Source: Candidatus Parcubacteria bacterium (GTDB lineage: Bacteria > Patescibacteriota > Minisyncoccia > UBA6257 > 2-01-FULL-56-20). From it: a DNA stretch of 64,000 nt. Position numbers and translations under genes: made by a program. Shown piece by piece: positions 1-9,348 of this stretch (position 1 is the first letter of the stretch; each line of letters begins with the position of its first letter). A model generated the notes under the pieces. The model was not told the DNA's origin. It did no database searches and worked only from the letters and a program-made list of their open reading frames with translations. The stretch lies in NCBI GenBank assembly GCA_027450205.1, contig DAIDJL010000005.1, forward strand, positions 251-64,250. The letters run 5' to 3'.

Positions 1-2990
1 AAGGAGTATCCGGTATTCCCCCATTCATAGATAGGGTCGAGCATCTGCGTCGAAGCGATCTCCGACGGAAAAGGGATAAGGCTGCTCACAAGCACGCCGC
101 CCGTTCGCCCAGGCTGATCAAGCGCCTGCGCTGAGCGAATGATCACATAAGCATCGCCATTGGACCACGTCCAAGAAGGATACTGGCTGAAGCAGGTAAG
201 CGTATCCGACGCGTTTGCTCCGATTTCACAGCTGGTATCCTGCGTAATATCGATCACCGAATAGCCTGCGCCCGGCGGAGTCCACTGATTCGTCGCCCAA
301 GATTTCGTAGCGTCAATAAGCGTGCTCGTACCCGAAGATCCCGTCATAGTGCCGCTTGCATAAAGCGTGGTTCCATAGACCCGGTAGCTATCTCCTGCAT
401 TGAACGCGGTCGATGTGGTGTTTCCGCCGAGCGTTCCCGTCGATCCCGCCTGATTGCAATATGCAGAAACACACGGAGGCTCCATCCATGAAAGCGTGAG
501 CGTGGAGGTGGTATTTCCCGCTATCCCGGCAATGGCACCGGTCGATGCATCAAAAACCGAATAATAAATTGCTCCTGGGGCAAATTGGTTTGCAGCCCAT
601 GATTGACCGCTATCAGTCACCGTTCCCGTCCCCATATCGGCACTCGTGATCGTTGACGAAACGGGATTCGTCTGTCCATCGTTCATATCCCATGGAGCAG
701 TGCCATTAGCGATGCCCCACCCTGTCGGCCGATATGCTCGCCAATCGCCAATGCCAATAGCTGCGTCCCACCAAGACCCCGACGCAACGCTGAACGTATT
801 GTCAAAAATGATTCCCACGCCGCCATTCACACTTTGGAACGAAGCGCATCCGTTAGAATTGCCGCACAAAACGGTATTGCCATAACTCTCGATCTGCCGG
901 ATGTCCCTCGGCCTCCCTCCGGTCGATGTGCCGTGCGTTCCGCACATGCCCGGTGACGTCATTCCATTTATCGTATTGAAGCGGCACGTATATCGCGCGC
1001 CGCCCAACCCTCCCCCATTGGCAGGTCCCGCTTCGGTATCGACCAATTCTGCGCTATTCGAAACAACATTACTTTCAATATACAGCTGTTCTGCGGTGCC
1101 AAGCGTATCCGAAGCATTCCATGAACTATCGCCGTATGAACCAATTCCGTTCCACGCGGAATAATTGACGTCCACCAATTCAATGACGCTCGAGCTCGTA
1201 TCGTTGACGGTGTTATGGTCAATCACCCCCCATACGTTATCAGTCACGATCATTGCGCTCGAATGAGCGACAAGCCCCCCAAAACTTTTGTCAAAATTTA
1301 TATCATCGACCCTCGCACTGGGACAGCCGTTCACTATACAACTTCCATCTATGCTGATAGGCGGCGCAAGCGATCCCGTGCCGAGGCCGGTCGCCGCTTC
1401 CATGACCATGGAAGAAATCCTCGTTCCCGCACTGCCATAACTCGGCGCAAAAATGAACATATCGCCGGTATTGGTATTGCCGGTAATGTCGTCTACTAGA
1501 ATAGTTGAGCTTTCTCCCGCGCCAATCACCTGAATACCGATGCCGCTGGGTATCGTAATACCGCTCGTCCACGTACAAGTACCTGCGGGGATATTGATAA
1601 CATCGCCATTTGCCGCCGTATGAAGAGGACCATTAATGACCGCATTCACATCACTTTCATTGCATGAGGCCGCATTGAAGGTATTGAGGTTTGCGAGCGT
1701 TGCAACGCTCGCCGCGGTAGAAGTCGCAGAGACAGTGCCTACCCCGTTATAAGCCTGGACGGAATACGTGTAAGTAGTGGAAGCCGCCAAGCCGGTATCA
1801 ATATAAGAAGCTCCCGATGAGGTGGCAACTTCAGTAACAGGAGTGCATACCCCCGCACATCGAAAAATGTTATACCCCGCTATACCCGACCCTCCGCTAT
1901 CGGTACTTGAGGTCCATGCGAGGGATATTTGCGATCCGGAAATGGCGATGGCCGTGAGGCCGGCGGGGGTGGTTGGCGTCGAGGTATCAACGATGATGGA
2001 CGCTGTTGCGGTCGAGGTACCGTTTATGTTCGCAGCGGTCAGCGTATATACGGTGGTGGAGGTGGGATTCACCGTGGTCGATCCGGTAAGGGTTGACGTT
2101 GAGAGGCTAAATCCGGTAGCGGTGATCGCAACGGAAGAAGCGTTGGAGACACTCCAAGAAAGCGTTGACGTTGCACCGGGAAAAGTGGATGAAACTGGAG
2201 CAGTAAAAGAAACAATATTCGGAGGAGATGTCGCTGACTCAAAGGCGACGATATGAGCGATAGCAGTATAATCGCCCGGCAGGTTAGAAAATATGTTGGA
2301 ATACGTCCCCTTGGTGCTCACAATATCATCGGCGGTTTCCAAATAAATATTGCCATTCGATTGCTGGGCAACGCGCAGGGTCCACCCGGCCGATACCGTA
2401 GGCAGCGTTGTGGTAGCAGTGGACGGTGCATGTGCGATGAACGAATAGAGGAGATCGTTCGCATTTGTAGTTGTTACATTATTAGTGGAAAACGAGACTA
2501 TCGGATAATTCTCCGAACTGTTTTGATTTAATTTGTCGATGGGATTCCCCGCTAAAATACCAGAGTATTCACTGACCGCCATATTCACAATGTTCGGCGC
2601 GCTTGTCCAGTAAAAATTGACCGTATCGGGACCTCCTTTGATGTTCGTTGCATAATAGGTGAACGCGTCAGTGTATTGCGATCCGCTGAGAATAGTAGAA
2701 GTTGTTAGCGTAAAAATATCGCCTTGCGTATCAGAAATCGTGCCCGTTGCAATAGTGCTGGAAAGAATATTTGCCACCGAAACGACGATCAAATCCCCTG
2801 CGGTAGTGCTGGAACCAAAAGTTACCGTCGACGTACCTGTTGAGCAACAAAAACCGGAAACCGTACTCGTTCCTTGAACAAATGAAATCGCCGCGTTGGC
2901 TTTGGCTGCTCCTAATATGCTAAAAAAGAAAAAGAAACCGACGATGGCGGCCAAGGATATGGATCGATTTCTGTGAAGGTGGTAATGCAT
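1..2990 (-). CDS. giant secreted cell-surface protein, 3' end truncated by window start. It has an N-terminal signal/TM, an Ig-like repeat, an FN3 domain and a right-handed beta-helix (pectate-lyase-like) region.
   Basis: Not in the ORF track, hand-translated on the minus strand. ATG is complement(2988..2990), within the palindrome ATGCAT. The N-terminus reads MHYHLHRNRSISLAAIVGFFFFFSILGAAKANA. The frame is open through position 1. An FN3-like block reads TPTTPAGLTAIAISGSQISLAWTSSTDSGGSGIAGYNIFRCAG...TTYTYSVQAYN. The repeat ...STLSWSVSNASSVAITATGFSLSTSTLTGSTTVNPTSTTVYTLTA is near-identical in architecture to the protein at 47589..51395. Confidence 0.6.
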   Translation of the reverse strand, partial: MHYHLHRNRSISLAAIVGFFFFFSILGAAKANAAISFVQGTSTVSGFCCSTGTSTVTFGSSTTAGDLIVVSVANILSSTIATGTISDTQGDIFTLTTSTILSGSQYTDAFTYYATNIKGGPDTVNFYWTSAPNIVNMAVSEYSGILAGNPIDKLNQNSSENYPIVSFSTNNVTTTNANDLLYSFIAHAPSTATTTLPTVSAGWTLRVAQQSNGNIYLETADDIVSTKGTYSNIFSNLPGDYTAIAHIVAFESATSPPNIVSFTAPVSSTFPGATSTLSWSVSNASSVAITATGFSLSTSTLTGSTTVNPTSTTVYTLTAANINGTSTATASIIVDTSTPTTPAGLTAIAISGSQISLAWTSSTDSGGSGIAGYNIFRCAGVCTPVTEVATSSGASYIDTGLAASTTYTYSVQAYNGVGTVSATSTAASVATLANLNTFNAASCNESDVNAVINGPLHTAANGDVINIPAGTCTWTSGITIPSGIGIQVIGAGESSTILVDDITGNTNTGDMFIFAPSYGSAGTRISSMVMEAATGLGTGSLAPPISIDGSCIVNGCPSARVDDINFDKSFGGLVAHSSAMIVTDNVWGVIDHNTVNDTSSSVIELVDVNYSAWNGIGSYGDSSWNASDTLGTAEQLYIESNVVSNSAELVDTEAGPANGGGLGGARYTCRFNTINGMTSPGMCGTHGTSTGGRPRDIRQIESYGNTVLCGNSNGCASFQSVNGGVGIIFDNTFSVASGSWWDAAIGIGDWRAYRPTGWGIANGTAPWDMNDGQTNPVSSTITSADMGTGTVTDSGQSWAANQFAPGAIYYSVFDASTGAIAGIAGNTTSTLTLSWMEPPCVSAYCNQAGSTGTLGGNTTSTAFNAGDSYRVYGTTLYASGTMTGSSGTSTLIDATKSWATNQWTPPGAGYSVIDITQDTSCEIGANASDTLTCFSQYPSWTWSNGDAYVIIRSAQALDQPGRTGGVLVSSLIPFPSEIASTQMLDPIYEWGNTGYS

Positions 2991-3078
2991 ATATTCACTC
3001 AGCCAACACATGGCTGGAAAATGGGTTTTATATCCACTATATGTTTATATATTATAGTATAACTTATCCGTATAAAAA

Positions 3079-4359
3079 CTATCGCTCCGCATTATAGAGT
3101 GCCAGCACCTCTGCAGGAGAGAGCACGCGGCCGTAAACGCGGACGTCGTCAAGTGCACCACCAAACAATGTACCGGTGGTTAAATCACGTCCAATCGTCA
3201 TATCGCTGCTGTTAAGGATGGATCCCTGAAGGTTGTTACTCCAGATAGTGATTGGCAACTGATTAATGCCGTCAATATATATCGAAATTCCAGCAGCGGA
3301 AGAAGAACCATCATAGGTTACAACCACTTCGTGCCATCCCCCAGGTATGAGGGAATTATATGGACTTTCTACCTGAATGCCTTGTGTGTAACCACCTATC
3401 GGATCGGTCAAGATAACTATGACACGGTTTTGGCCGGTATTGGCGAATAATGCAAATCCCTGCATCGAACCCGTTGTAGATCTCTTTGAAAAAAACGGCA
3501 GATAGTTAATGTCACCCGGCAAAACATCTATCCACGCCACGATCGAGAACGACTGATTGCTGTCGAAATTGAGATCCGGGGCATTGCCGACGTCGACATA
3601 TTGTGAGGTCGTCCCATCAAAGGAAAGCCCGTCCTTGATCTTGCCCGAGGCCCACGTTGGATAGGGGGCGATGAGCGTTCCGGTATTCCCGTTGCCGGTC
3701 GTATCCATGGCGGTCGTGCCGGTCCCCTCGTTGAGATTCCAGTAACCGTTCAGGCCGGCGGGGTTATAGAGGGGCGACAGAGACAAGCTCGTTCCCATGG
3801 CGACGACGCCCGGGTAGTCGTTGACCATAGGGCTGTCTTGAATGGCAGTGCGCTGCTTTGTTGATTCAGGGAGGGTAGTTAATTCATACTGCGTACCGTT
3901 CGTCGTATAGGTATAGTAATAGCCGGTGGAGGTCTGATTCGCCGGGTCCACGGGGAGAGTGTTGAACGGCGATCCCAGGGATAGATTATTGAAATCGACG
4001 GGGATCCATCCGGTGCCGTCGGTCTTTAAATAAGTGGAGGACGCCGCGCAGTGGTAGGTCCATCCCGCGGGCAGAGAGAAAAGTCCCAGCCCCTGGCATT
4101 GGTCCCCCGCCGTGGAGGTCGCCTCCGGATCGGGGATGGAAACATACACCGTGCTTGTAGCCCCCATCGACCCGCCCACCGTCGACTGATATCGCTCAAC
4201 CGCGATGTTCAATGCGGTCATGTCGGACAGGCGGTTGGAATCCCGTGCCTGTGCAAATAATTGAAACGGGTTGATCACGAGGAAGACCACCAGCGCAAGT
4301 ATCGCAAGTATCGCGATGACGATCAGCAATTCAATAAGGGTGAAAGCCCGTTTGGCCAT
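3079..4359 (-). CDS. type IV pilin-like protein with a large C-terminal LamG/concanavalin-A-like lectin domain
   Basis: The prepilin N-terminus is MAKRAFTLIELLIVIAILAILALVVFLV. The C-terminal ~200 aa match the LamG_3 pattern (GYWNLNEGTGTTAMDTTGNGNTGTL...FSIVAWIDV...WHEVVVTYDGSS...ISIYIDG...IGRD...FGGALDDVRVYGRVLSPAEVLALY). The first ~150 aa are paralogous to 51475..52980. Confidence 0.75.
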   Translation of the reverse strand: MAKRAFTLIELLIVIAILAILALVVFLVINPFQLFAQARDSNRLSDMTALNIAVERYQSTVGGSMGATSTVYVSIPDPEATSTAGDQCQGLGLFSLPAGWTYHCAASSTYLKTDGTGWIPVDFNNLSLGSPFNTLPVDPANQTSTGYYYTYTTNGTQYELTTLPESTKQRTAIQDSPMVNDYPGVVAMGTSLSLSPLYNPAGLNGYWNLNEGTGTTAMDTTGNGNTGTLIAPYPTWASGKIKDGLSFDGTTSQYVDVGNAPDLNFDSNQSFSIVAWIDVLPGDINYLPFFSKRSTTGSMQGFALFANTGQNRVIVILTDPIGGYTQGIQVESPYNSLIPGGWHEVVVTYDGSSSAAGISIYIDGINQLPITIWSNNLQGSILNSSDMTIGRDLTTGTLFGGALDDVRVYGRVLSPAEVLALYNAER

Positions 4360-4404
4360 GAGCGGATTATGGATTAAGTATACTATAGCGTCAGGGGATG
4401 GAAA

Positions 4405-4812
4405 CTAACGCTCGTCCCTCTCTCTCAGTTCGGAAAGCGTGAATGGCCGGGCCCGGGGAACAACATAGTTATGGCGCGTTGTTTTATAGGGATATACGTT
4501 TCCCTCAAGCGCCCGCTTGATTATTTCCTCCTTGCCGACGGATATCCGCGCCCGGCGGGGTGAAACCAAAACCGACCCGTCCCGGAGGTAATCGACCGGC
4601 CAGCACGGGATCCTTTTTAACCCAAGCACCTTTGCCGCCCAATGCCGGTGATGCCCGTCAAGAATGGTATTCGACCGAACGTCGATCAAAATAGGGACGA
4701 TGAACTTCCCGTCCATAGCTATCTTTGCCAGAAGCAGGAACGCCCGGAACGGGTCTATCTTTTCGTGGGGATTGAGGAGGTGAGGATCGATCAATAGTGG
4801 CCCTTCATCCAT
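4405..4812 (-). CDS. ParB-like nuclease / sulfiredoxin-fold domain protein
   Basis: Contains the DGHHR motif (ILDGHHRHWAAKVLGL) typical of the ParB N-terminal/ParB-like nuclease domain. It is stand-alone at 135 aa. Confidence 0.5.
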   Translation of the reverse strand: MDEGPLLIDPHLLNPHEKIDPFRAFLLLAKIAMDGKFIVPILIDVRSNTILDGHHRHWAAKVLGLKRIPCWPVDYLRDGSVLVSPRRARISVGKEEIIKRALEGNVYPYKTTRHNYVVPRARPFTLSELRERDER

Positions 4813-5015
4813 AAAATATATTTTAACGCATTTTTTGCTTTATGCACGAATCAAAAATCCTTCGCAAAAACAGAAAAAAAATAGTGCGCGGCCTGGTGGA
4901 TGCTGCTGGAACGGCGATACGGGCGAATGATGGCCAGATCTTTATAGCTTCGATAAGGGATGTCGAATACCCCCCACATACAACCATCCCTGGCGCGGTG
5001 ATAAAAATAAACGCG

Positions 5016-5312
5016 TTACTCTGTTATTAAATCGTATATTTCTTTTAAATCAAGAGGGCGATCTATACAATCACGCAGTATCTCCTTATGTTTTTTATTC
5101 AAATCACTTTCGCTTGGTGGCAAGATGTTAGTTCCTTCCATGTGTAGCGCGGCGTAATCAGCATCTCCAACGGAAAAAACGTACCCAAATTCATGCGTGC
5201 ACTTTTCCTCGGCAAGCGTCGTCAAAGCCTCCGCCCGATGGGTAGTCATGAGCTCATGTCCCCACGCAAGTAGCACTTCCTTCTTATTCGGTTTTAATTG
5301 ATAGATCTTCAT
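5016..5312 (-). CDS. hypothetical protein
   Basis: A 98-aa ORF with an ATG start and no recognisable motif. His/Glu-rich segments (WGHELMTTHRAE, CTHEF) are not a canonical HExxH. Confidence 0.3.
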   Translation of the reverse strand: MKIYQLKPNKKEVLLAWGHELMTTHRAEALTTLAEEKCTHEFGYVFSVGDADYAALHMEGTNILPPSESDLNKKHKEILRDCIDRPLDLKEIYDLITE

Positions 5313-5323
5313 GATAGATAATC

Positions 5324-5902
5324 CTAAAATGTCTCCCCACCCTTCATCCTTATCACCATTTCCATCTCGGGTATCATTGCCCCACTTTTCATTTTAAACT
5401 TCTCGTTCTTCCACCGCTTTCCCGTATCTTCAAAACCGAGCTTCTCGTAAAAACCGATTGCTTTGGTATTATAGGTGGCCACTTGAACAATAGTGTCCTT
5501 GTCAGGGTCAAATGATTTTTGCGCCTCCTCCCATAGCATATGGCCAACGCCTCGCCCCTGATATTCTGGTAATATATAAATCGCTTGGATTTGATTATAG
5601 TCGGAATGCCTTATGGCGCGACACACGCCGATTACTTTCACGTCCTCCTTTGCAAGAATAAGATTTTCTCCTTCGGGGAGGTTAGTAGTTCGCTCTCTAC
5701 CTTTTCTTAGTGATTCTTCAGTAAAGGCATCTTTATACCTGTCCTCGATGTCATCAACGGTAATGCCAGCTTCCTCGTTCGGATAGGTATCAAGCCATGT
5801 TTTATAGAAAACCTCCGCCATGCCCCTCTCATCCTCCGGCGTTGCTGTTGCGATTTCGATTTTCTTCTCAAGATTTTCCTTGCCGGGCTCCATTTGGTTC
5901 AT
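5324..5902 (-). CDS. GNAT family N-acetyltransferase
   Basis: Acetyl-CoA binding motif QGRGVGHMLWEEAQ and the C-terminal IGFYEKLGF. The track start is a TTG, so the start was moved to the internal ATG (MNQMEPG), which is approximate. Confidence 0.6.
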   Translation of the reverse strand: MNQMEPGKENLEKKIEIATATPEDERGMAEVFYKTWLDTYPNEEAGITVDDIEDRYKDAFTEESLRKGRERTTNLPEGENLILAKEDVKVIGVCRAIRHSDYNQIQAIYILPEYQGRGVGHMLWEEAQKSFDPDKDTIVQVATYNTKAIGFYEKLGFEDTGKRWKNEKFKMKSGAMIPEMEMVIRMKGGETF

Positions 5903-6067
5903 TGAATTAAGTTTAACAGATTGGTTCAAGCATCATCCACGTTACCGTTTTTTTAACCTCATATTTGAACCAAAAAAATCCTTTTGGCATAAGGAGAAAT
6001 CGCTGAAAAAATAGTTTGCGCGGGCTGGTGGATGATGTTGGAACCGTTTTTAAGACAGATACTGCAA

Positions 6068-7027
6068 TTATTTCCTCTTTAAACCCGCCTCAATGATCAA
6101 ATCGAGCATTGCTGGGAAACTAAATCCTTTCGCTCGTGCCGCCTGGGGAAGCAGACTTGTTTCCGTCATGCCAGGAATGGTATTGGTTTCCAAAATAGAA
6201 AAGGTTGAGCCATTAAGAATGAAGTCGGAACGGGACATTCCACGACATCCAAGCGCGCGATGAGCTTCGAGCGCCATCGCCTGAATCTTTTTCGTCATCG
6301 AAGGGGACAACTTTGCCGGCGTGATTTCCAAACTGCCGCCCACTCTATATTTGGCTTTATAGTCAAAGAATTTTGATGAGCGCGGGATGATCTCTGTAGG
6401 CGGCAACGCGAACGCCATCCCTTTTTTCTCAAGTACGCCGCACGTGAATTCCCGTCCTTGCATGAATTGCTGGACCATAACGCGATCATTTTTTCGCAAT
6501 GCGTCTTTGACTACCTTTTGGAGCTCTTTTGTGGATTTCACGATAGAAACCCCGACGCTTGATCCCCCATCAACGGGTTTCACGACCGCCGGAACTTTAA
6601 AACGATGATCTGAGCTTCGCGGATATTTGCTGATTATTTTATAAGCCGGCACGTTCATGCCAAGCTCTTGATAGATTTTGTTCGAAATCCCTTTATCCAT
6701 CGCCATCGCGGAACTCAATACCCCCGATCCTGAATACGGGATGCCGATCCATTCCAAGAGCGCCTGCATCCTGCCGTCTTCACCAAAGACACCGTGCATT
6801 GCGATGAACGCGAAATCGAACAATTGAAGTTTTGCGAGCGCGGCGCCGATATCTATTGACTTCGAAGGTCCGAGCTTCCACTTTTTATCTTTTTGGATAA
6901 CCACAAGCGTCGGGGCGTAGCGCTTTCGGTCAAGTTTCTTTAACACCATCTTTGCGCTATTCAAGGAAACCTCGTGCTCGGAAGATGGGCCACCGCAGAT
7001 CACTGCAATTTTAAGAAGCTTCTTCAT
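6068..7027 (-). CDS. ddl: D-alanine--D-alanine ligase
   Basis: N-terminus KIAVICGGPSSEHEVSLNSA and the C-terminal ATP-grasp region (SDFILNGSTFSILETNTIPGMTETSLLPQAA) are typical of Ddl. Confidence 0.85.
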   Translation of the reverse strand: MKKLLKIAVICGGPSSEHEVSLNSAKMVLKKLDRKRYAPTLVVIQKDKKWKLGPSKSIDIGAALAKLQLFDFAFIAMHGVFGEDGRMQALLEWIGIPYSGSGVLSSAMAMDKGISNKIYQELGMNVPAYKIISKYPRSSDHRFKVPAVVKPVDGGSSVGVSIVKSTKELQKVVKDALRKNDRVMVQQFMQGREFTCGVLEKKGMAFALPPTEIIPRSSKFFDYKAKYRVGGSLEITPAKLSPSMTKKIQAMALEAHRALGCRGMSRSDFILNGSTFSILETNTIPGMTETSLLPQAARAKGFSFPAMLDLIIEAGLKRK

Positions 7028-7125
7028 GTTAGCCTAATATTTCCGCTTCACCGCGCTCTTTGAGTCGACGATTGATACTCTCCATGTAGAGCCATATAAG
7101 AAATGTGTGCATAAATTCAATACAA

Positions 7126-7992
7126 TTAATTCCAAGCTTCTTTAAGGTATTGAAGCAATAATTGCCTCAATCGATCTCCTCCGATCAAATCCACCCGGTT
7201 CGCCTTCGCGAGATCCCATGCTTCCTTTGTGAATCCGGAAGTCGTGATGACCATGGCTCGCGTGCAACCATAGAACTTCTGCGCGGCGGTTGCTTCCTGC
7301 ACGGCTGCATTGCCGACGTTGTTCGTATAACACTTCGCCTGGACGACGGTGCGTTGGTTGTTCATGTTTACGACGAGATCCGCACCCTGGTCACCCACCT
7401 TGCCGGTCTTCTGGACAGAATAACCCATCGCGGCGAATAAGCGATAAAGGAGTTTCTCAAAGTCGGAGCCGGAGAGGTTGGCGAAGGCACCGCCCTGTCC
7501 CATGCTAATGCTCTCGCGGGTGTAGCGCTCCTCGCGCTCTTGGATGTAGTGGTGAAGCAGTAGCGAAAGATCGCTCCAATCGTCATTACGGAGCGGCAAT
7601 CCTTTTTCGATCAGAAACTTCCGCAAATCTCTCATGCGATCCCAATCGAAGGCATAGCTACGGTACGACCATACTTTCCCCTTCTTGGGATTCATACCGA
7701 ACTGATTGATAAAATTATTGAGGTAATCTTCGAGGCCAGCGCTCCGTACTGCCGCAAGGAGTTTTTCCATTTTTTCCCGCCTCCATTTTGCACGAAGATT
7801 TACCCATGCGACCTCTCCGATGAGGATCAGGACAAGGAGGACGGTAAGGTAGCCCAACTGTTCCCAATACGCGATCCGATTGGTGTACCACAAGCCCACC
7901 ATATAAAGACCGTAGAGTGCCAAAAGACCAGCGCCCAGTTTCCATAGCAGAAAATCGTCGCTGTCCCGCCGTTGACGGCGTGTATAGCTCAT
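7126..7992 (-). CDS. membrane-anchored Mrr-like (PD-(D/E)xK) restriction endonuclease domain protein
   Basis: Two predicted N-terminal TM helices. The C-terminal Mrr_cat-like core reads GDQGADLVVNMNNQRTVVQAKCYTNNVGNAAVQEATAAQ, matching the D...QxK pattern. Confidence 0.5.
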   Translation of the reverse strand: MSYTRRQRRDSDDFLLWKLGAGLLALYGLYMVGLWYTNRIAYWEQLGYLTVLLVLILIGEVAWVNLRAKWRREKMEKLLAAVRSAGLEDYLNNFINQFGMNPKKGKVWSYRSYAFDWDRMRDLRKFLIEKGLPLRNDDWSDLSLLLHHYIQEREERYTRESISMGQGGAFANLSGSDFEKLLYRLFAAMGYSVQKTGKVGDQGADLVVNMNNQRTVVQAKCYTNNVGNAAVQEATAAQKFYGCTRAMVITTSGFTKEAWDLAKANRVDLIGGDRLRQLLLQYLKEAWN

Positions 7993-8053
7993 AGCATTAT
8001 GTTAAACCAACTCGCTTAATGATTCCACACATCCCATTCTCAATGCTTACTCA

Positions 8054-8830
8054 TTAACTCACCTCTGCAAGAATCTTCAGGGCGGCAATATAATTCTCCT
8101 TTCTGATAGTCCGTCTCTGTTCACGCAGCAACGCAAATCCGGCATCGGTTACCAATTCGTTCTTTGCCAGATTATCAGCAACATAAAGCAATGCAGCAGC
8201 CGGAACACTGAAGTGCGCCGAAACTGCAAAAAGCGTCGCCGATTCCATATCAATCCCAATATACCCCTGCCGGCTCCACTCCTTTACATCCCCCTCAGTT
8301 TCTCCCAGCATCGCCTGCACGGTCATCAACGTACCGTCATGCATAGCACTTCGATCAAGGAAATTTTCCCTGATCTTCCGTGAAAGAATGTCGTCCGCCC
8401 TATAAATAAAATCTTTATTGTCCCGCTGGTACATCCTCGTTACACTCTCGTCTCCAAAACTTGCCGATGGGATGACCGTGTCTCCGTGCATCAAATTCTC
8501 CTGCAATGCCCCGCACGAGCCAAGTAAAATATTCGCCTTGGATCCCAGTATACTGGCAACATGCGTCAGTTCGCTCAGATATGCCGCGCCATATACCACG
8601 TCAAACCAGATGCGCTTCTGGCCGATGACAACGCTCTTCACCTCCTGGAAAAATCTGTCTTCAATGGTTTCCTCCGTGTACGGCACGCCGAGCAATCGCA
8701 ACGCCTCCTCGAAGTGGGGGTATTCTTTCCGAGGTGGATGCGTACCTGATACAAGCAGTCCATCCACGCGATAATCGTCCGAAACATTGAGGACGCGACG
8801 GATATCAGAAGGGGTTAGTTGTTTGTACAT
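8054..8830 (-). CDS. nucleoside phosphorylase (PNP/UDP phosphorylase family)
   Basis: Contains the family motifs LLGSCGAL and GIDMESATLFAVSAHF. Confidence 0.6.
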   Translation of the reverse strand: MYKQLTPSDIRRVLNVSDDYRVDGLLVSGTHPPRKEYPHFEEALRLLGVPYTEETIEDRFFQEVKSVVIGQKRIWFDVVYGAAYLSELTHVASILGSKANILLGSCGALQENLMHGDTVIPSASFGDESVTRMYQRDNKDFIYRADDILSRKIRENFLDRSAMHDGTLMTVQAMLGETEGDVKEWSRQGYIGIDMESATLFAVSAHFSVPAAALLYVADNLAKNELVTDAGFALLREQRRTIRKENYIAALKILAEVS

Positions 8831-8881
8831 GGGATTAAATCCATTCTACTTAATTTAGTTTGAACTTGCTACAATAAACGC

Positions 8882-9334
8882 ATGGAATGCATCTTTTGCA
8901 AAATCGTCGCCGGAGAAGCGCCGTCGTATAAGATATGGGAAGATGCCAACTACTTGGCGTTCCTCTCTATCTTTCCCAACACCGAAGGGACGACGGTGAT
9001 CATCCCGGAGAAGCATTATTCGAGCTATCCGTTCGATCTCCCCGATGAGGTGCTGACCGGGCTCATGCTCGCCACGAAGAAGGTGGCAAAACTCCTTGAC
9101 GCAAAACTCGATGATGTCGGCCGCACCGCCATGGTGTTCGAAGGATTCGGTGTGGATCACGTGCACGCAAAACTTTTTCCGATGCACGGCACGAAAGATA
9201 TGAAAGAGTGGCGACCCATCGAGTCAAAAGTGGATAAATATTTCGAGAAATACGAAGGATATATTTCGTCGCACGATTATAAACGGGCGGATGATGGTGA
9301 ACTCGAAGAATTGGCGAAGAAAATAAAAAAATAA
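8882..9334 (+). CDS. HIT (histidine triad) family hydrolase
   Basis: The N-terminus is CIFCKIVAGE. A histidine-triad-like motif is VDHVHAKLFP. Confidence 0.7.
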   Translation: MECIFCKIVAGEAPSYKIWEDANYLAFLSIFPNTEGTTVIIPEKHYSSYPFDLPDEVLTGLMLATKKVAKLLDAKLDDVGRTAMVFEGFGVDHVHAKLFPMHGTKDMKEWRPIESKVDKYFEKYEGYISSHDYKRADDGELEELAKKIKK

Positions 9335-9348
9335 CCCGAACCGCTCAG

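Noticed and set aside
1822-2531. plus-strand ORFs 1822..2256 and 2253..2531 (and other small ORFs in 646..2877)
   Set aside because: Embedded antisense in, or out of frame with, the >2.9-kb minus-strand giant surface-protein gene, which has a signal peptide, an FN3 domain and a paralog elsewhere in the window.
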